The notes beneath the pieces are model-generated. The model worked only from the letters and a program-made list of their open reading frames with translations. It had not been told where the DNA came from and ran no database searches. DNA of 64,000 nt, from contig JALMLS010000204.1 in assembly GCA_038496445.1 (NCBI GenBank), forward strand, positions 1-64,000, read 5' to 3'. The position numbers and the translations under genes were made by a program. Position 1 is the stretch's first letter, and every line of letters begins with the position of its first letter. Source of the stretch: Trichosphaerium sp. ATCC 40318 (lineage: Eukaryota > Protista > Tubulinea). Below are positions 58,504-64,000 of the stretch, one piece after another.

Positions 58504-59073
58504 AAATTTAAATTGAATATCGATTTACTTTGCTGTGACACCGTAACAACTGGTAATGGTAGCACTCTAGTGCTTGTAGGTTAGACTAACGACAGCATAA
58601 GGATATCAAACGCTGCCATATTTCAAACATACTTAAACCTTCTAATGAGAACGCTTCTTGTTGGACGCTGTTTTGTAAAAAACATGGAGACTTCAGATAG
58701 GTTACTAAACTGTGCGACACTTGATCAATGGCCGTATTTTTTACAATCCTACACAAGCCTAAAGTCACTACCCAAGCCACTACAGAGGCCGTGGTACTTG
58801 TAGGATCGCGTAACTACGTGTGTACATCCACAAGTCAACTTACAATAAAAACGTGACCTAATTTGCAAGTTGCAATGTCGGTAGTAGTACTAAAGGATCA
58901 AACCGTATTTTTTACCAGTTGTACAGCACCTAGCACTACCAGTAATGAATCTAAACGCAACGTTCCATGCTTTATATTCACCTGAAAACACTTATTTCAC
59001 TGATATTGCACTTAACAGATGACGTTTAAAATGGCGTCGCATTGTTACAACAAATGTTGTCAAACCAAGGTCT

Positions 59074-60266
59074 TCAATCAACGCCAAGTTTCATTTTCAC
59101 ACCGAGATGCATCATGCATTCGAAACAAAAAGAAACTTGTGAACTGATATTTTTGCGTTGCTACTTATTTCGCGAAATTATTTTACCGTAAACCCAGGAA
59201 AATTGGGTCTTGTTCGGGTGGCGTTTTTGAGGGTGACCCGTTTTTACTACCTTGTATCAATTCCGTTGTCATAGAGAAAGCGGAGCGACCTCATTGTTGT
59301 TCCGGCTTCCGCAATTTCAGCTAAAATTCCACCTGTCAACGTAATAAACGAGATTTCTGTTTTACATACAATACAAGTTTTATTTTTATTCACAAGAGGT
59401 TTAGTTTGGTTGCTGTTTGTTTTCTTTCAACCTTTTTTTTTTTCTGAAAATTTCGAAGTCAGCTGAGCTTTCTAATACTGCGAACGCGGTTGTTTTACAA
59501 GTGCTGCGTCAAATTGAATAGTGCAAGCGTTGTTAAATATTGGTTTTACGCTGAGATCAATACTTGTAGGATTTGCTCGTTGTGGGAACCGTCTGCAGTC
59601 TATAGCTTGTGGCATTCCAGGAGATGGGGGCTGTTGGAGGTATTGTTGTTGTTGGTTTTGATGCTGTTGTTGTTCAGCTACTTGCTTTCGTAGTTGCTCT
59701 ATGTGTTCAATAGCAGCTTCTAAGCGACGTTCTTGAGTAACTCTCTTTCCATCGTTAAAAAGGCTCCATTCTTGTAACATTGTTTGTAATTTAAGTTCGA
59801 GGCTTTTTACGCGCTTTCTACGCTTCTCTTCGGAAATTGTAGAGTTCTTTTTCTTGTCTTTTTTACCTTTAGAATTTGAGCGTTTGAAAGGTACTCTAGA
59901 ATAAAGAAGTAAGCATTGATGTAAAACCAAGTAGAAAAGTAAACAAAAAAAAAACGTGGCAAACTATTAAACCCTGGTAAAAACGGTTACTAAAGTAATA
60001 ACGTACCTAAGAGGTTCGCTCACGGTTATTTCAACGCGTGGTTGTGTAATACGGTTTCGGCTTCTACTATTTTTACTTGTATCGTATTGTACAGGGTCAA
60101 GCATATTGTTTGAGTCGAAGTTACTGTTCAGTATGTTGGAAAATTGTTGCTCTGGGAAAATATCTTGTTGAGCTACGCTAAGGCCACAGCTGATTGGTGT
60201 TGAGAATGGGCTATATTCGAAAGGAAGAGGTGTTGCTCTCCAGTTGTTGGTACAAGAAGTTGTCAT
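59074..60266 (-). CDS. bHLH(-ZIP) transcription factor; 3' end approximate
   Basis: NSTISEEKRRKRVKSLELKLQTML...TQERRLEAAIEHIEQLRKQV matches basic region, helix 1, loop and helix 2, followed by poly-Q. Confidence 0.7.
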
Positions 60267-61128
60267 TGTTGTGTGTTCGGTGTAAGTTTGATATTTTTTT
60301 TCATACCTAAACAGGACACTCGTTTATGAATATTTGTGATTCTTGTGAGCTGCCTAATTTCCCGACCCTACACGAAGCCGTAGTACATGTTTAATAGATA
60401 AGAGGAGGGTTTTGTTTATTTTTAGAGGTACTTTATGCACCATCACAATCGGTTCCATGGCGCTAGTTGAGCTCACTGATAGTGCGTGTATTCATGCAAC
60501 TTGTTTCAGCTGAATTGAGACGCCATACATCGAGGTGCTTTGAATAAACGGGTAAATATTGCGCAGATCTTTTCACGCCCGAACCCGTGATCTCAACTCG
60601 ATAAGGTAAAGCCCACAGCCTTTTGACGGCGAATGGAGCCGGGAAAATACAATAAATTTTAACACAGTTTGATCTTCGGACCAAAGATCTCCCAACATTT
60701 AGCCGAAACGTAACACCCGTTGTACGGCTCTTTTCAGCGGAAGTCGGAAAATAAAGGCCAGTCAATTATCGTTTTGTAAAATTTCATTGAAGATTCAGCT
60801 ATGCCTTTATCGCGTACAAGCTCTAAGTGCAATATAAAGGCGTCTGGAGCGATATGGAAAATACGGCAAATGGTCGCGACATACTCAAAAATCTCACTTA
60901 AAAAACGCACGTGTTTTTTTTCTTTCTAACTTCTCCTTCGTTTCGCAAGTCTCTTTGTAAACCGAATTTTCAACCAAAAACGACTGCAATAGGTGACCAG
61001 CTCACTGTGGCTATTATGTAGAGTGGTAAAAAGGGCGAAGGCTTTTTTTTTGCGAGACCAAGAAATTCTCAGCGCTTTTTTTTTTTGGTTTTAGTTCGTA
61101 CTTTTCAACCAACCGCACGTGGGCCGTG

Positions 61129-62501
61129 ATGAGCACCCAAGATGGTACGCTATCTATACACTACATAAATAATTATAAACAAACCGTGAATGTGACAACC
61201 CCTTTCTCTCGCAGTGCAGATGGAAATGGTTAGCCCATTGAAAAACGTGCAGATTGCACCCGCTATAGTGCATGTTTTCGATGGCACTGGGGACGTAAAT
61301 GGGCCTTTTGGTAACACTTCTTTTAAACAACCGCGGTACCTTTCGCATGGAAAAAAACGCGAGGTACAGCGCTAGTATATTAACAATAGAGAAAAAAAAA
61401 GTTTCAGCAATTTAGATTTGTAAAGATAATCAAAAAGCCTACCACTAAACCGCATTATAGCTCTTTGTATCGAATTTTCAGGACGGTATTTACGTTGTAG
61501 ATTTGGAAAATTGCAAGGTGACGCATGTAAACGGTACAGAAGGCCCTGGTAGATTAGTACGCCGAGGACTACACGTGAACATTTGAGCTTAATTATATTG
61601 TAGTTGTGGGGTGTCTCGTACGATTACAAGAGAAGTAGTATAATAGCTAGCGATGCAAGAAAGGTACCATTTAAAATAAACCATAAAAATAACCAACAGT
61701 AATAAAAGCAAGCCGAGCTTGAATTATTTCTGCTTCGAATTAAAAAAAATTTGTTTTAGGGTACCAAACGCCACTACGTTTTAAATATTGCAAACACTGG
61801 TCGCATAACAATGATAAGCGACGGGTTCTATTTTCCAAGAGGCGTTGCTGTAAATTCTGATGGTTTCCGGGTGGTTGCGGATAATGTGGGCATTTATGAG
61901 CTACCAGACATGGGTGAAAAAAAAAGCTCGTGTGCGTTTTGACAAAGGTTCCTTTTTGTGTGTTATAAAACAGAAACAAAAGCTGTCAAGAATTTTTTTT
62001 TTTTTCACAAACAATTCTGGTTTTTCCCTTCTTTTTTTTATGTAAATCGTTTTGGTGGTTTTGCAACTGACGTACGTTTTCATAGCAAAGTGGTTCTCGC
62101 GGACGCCTTCTAAAAAATTGCTGGCTAATATTGTGGCGTCGGATATGTGCTTTACAACTAAAGATCAGCTTATTGTAGCGACAGTAACTGCGACAAAGAG
62201 TACTATCCAGGCTGTAGCTTTGAATGGTGCTTTAGAAGAAACCCTGCTGACACTCGGCGGTAAGAAACATATCGCATTGAGTTACGCTAGTAAGAGGCAA
62301 GTCCTTTACGCGGTTGTCCAAAACACAGACGAAGTGTATTGTATTCACATGGCAACAAAGGCGGTGCTCAGAATTAAGCTACCAGAGAACTTTAAAACCC
62401 TGACCGCTATCGTTACCTTTGGGAATAACGTTTATCTCTTCAGTGGATCTACACTGCTACAATTTGGCCAAGACCCTATCGTGGCCGCTCTGATGCAATG
62501 A
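61129..62501 (+). CDS. NHL-repeat/beta-propeller protein
   Basis: Spliced exons give GTGDVNGPFGNTSFKQP, DGIYVVDL, FYFPRGVAVNSDGFRVVAD, and IALSYASKRQVLYAV. Confidence 0.65.
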
Positions 62502-62791
62502 TTTGGGAGTGGTTATGGGTAAAAACAAAAAGCTGTGTTAGTTGGTACTTTTTAATATAAATAGATTCTATAGTTGTACTCCTTAGCACGTTTAGCTCGT
62601 AGCTAGTAAAAACCAGCGTATACTGCACTCAAAAAGTGATTTTTTTCCTTGTTTTGCAAAACAAATGTGCGACAAGTACTACCGCTTTGTAATATGACGT
62701 AACAATGCAACCGCGGCTGCGGCCGTTACTTTAAAACTTAGTAAATAAAGTCAGATCAATTCTATTAACCTTATTCGGCTACTCTCGCACC

Positions 62792-64000
62792 ATGACAGAC
62801 ATTGACACGGTCAATACTACCTTAGACGGCCCTATTCGCGATGACCACGAAGACATAGACTTATCGGACAATGCTACCACGTCGAGCTCAGAAGTGACAC
62901 CAGACTCTTCAACACCAGCTCTTAAGCCTGCTACTGCAGAAGACGAGCACCACGACTATTTAGTGCGCACTTATCATAAAGTGCGCACCGGTGTCCCACT
63001 AGCGATGTTAATTCACGGTATTATCGCAGTAACCGTTTGTGTCGTTTGTTTCTTTAGTGCGTATTTCCAAACCTATAAAAATGCAGCATTTTAACTCCTT
63101 TCGTTCTAGTTTGGCATTGGGTCAGCACACCTGACGTAAACGTATGTTTTCAACCGCAACAATTTCAAACAAACCCCAAAACTTTTGCTTTATGCTTTGC
63201 CGCCAATAACTGCTTTTTGTTTACACTCATAATAGGGCTCAGTATGGTGGTGGCTCATTCCAATATTTGTATTTATTACAAGCATCTTTTCGCATCAATA
63301 CGTGCGTCGAACTGGTTTTCTAAATCAAATACGCTTTACTGACGCCATACTAAGTTCTTTTTGGATAAAAAATACTTTGAAGGCGTTGTTGGCGTTATAA
63401 TAATCGTAAACGTTGCTGTAGTGCTCTCATGGCAACTACTATTTAGTGCGTATACTAGCAATCAACTAAAACTGCAATTCCAGCCCCTCATGCACTACAC
63501 GTGGTGACCCGAAACGATTTTTTCAAATTCTGTTTTTGTAACTTTTCTCGTATTCTAACCCAATCTTTTTATAGATAGCCATCACCCATGGTTTCTTTAC
63601 ATTAACTTTGCAAGTGCTATGGGATCAACAGTTGCTTATTACATGATCTACAAGAGAGAACAACCAGCAATGGTTTTACTCATGTGTGAGCACTTGTTCT
63701 GGCAAATTAACCTCCTTCTCTTCCTTGTTTGGGCGAACACAGGCCATAAGCACCCATGGTACGCATATTCAATGCGTATTACGTTTCCTTGTCTTACTTT
63801 TTGCAATTAAGGTTCATCTACCCTCTTTTCGTCATGGTTCTTCCAATCGGCCTTGCTCGCTTTTACATTATTGCCAAGGACAGACGTAAATGGGTTTACT
63901 CTGGATTAGCTGGTTTGTGGGTTTGCTTATTGACTTTCTTTGTCTGGGGATTCACTGGATCCAACTGGCCTTGGTTTGTTTTCGTTTGGGCATGTCACAT
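62792..64000 (+). CDS. Multi-pass membrane protein with 2TM-like repeats (3' partial)
   Basis: Repeated H...NLLLFLVWANTG..HPWF-type units, e.g. QINLLLFLVWANTGHKHPW and LLLTFFVWGFTGSNWPWFVF; the gene runs off the window end. Confidence 0.6.

Noticed and set aside
1-64000. CRISPR arrays, rRNA, prokaryotic operons, alternative genetic code
   Set aside because: No spaced direct repeats or rRNA motifs were seen, and stop codons inside genes are explained by introns under the standard code.

Overview
AT-rich, gene-dense eukaryotic DNA with many short (about 40-100 nt) spliceosomal introns. A STAT-like SH2 protein, an ependymin-like protein and 2TM-repeat proteins suggest an amoeboid protist, possibly Amoebozoa (inference). 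About 24 host genes can be reconstructed: GH6 cellulase, GHL15/GH168-like hydrolase, three F-box/LRR paralogues, MsrB, bacterial-type ATP-dependent DNA ligase, GST, LRR-IPT-EGF surface protein, SVIP, Amt, ZZ-finger carboxylic-acid-reductase-like enzyme, USP20/33-like DUB, parvulin, STAT-like, GH19, His-rich surface protein, 3R-Myb, TKL kinase, bHLH, NHL-repeat protein and others. The most notable object is an apparently complete 8.15-kb non-LTR retrotransposon (8624-16774, minus strand, 16-bp TSD) that combines four features. (i) A compact HDV-like ribozyme starts exactly at its 5' junction. (ii) One stop-free 2657-codon ORF runs through what look like spliceosomal introns. (iii) A 38-nt frame-shifting intron, when removed, completes a hidden RRM-like domain and terminates an ORF1-like protein. 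(iv) A ubiquitin-like domain ending in RLRGG sits directly before APE-RT-RNase H. My model (inference) is that splicing makes ORF1p while host deubiquitinase cleavage releases ORF2p from the unspliced polyprotein. A tRNA-derived poly(A) SINE interrupts one F-box/LRR gene. All exon models were read by eye and gene ends are approximate where stated.
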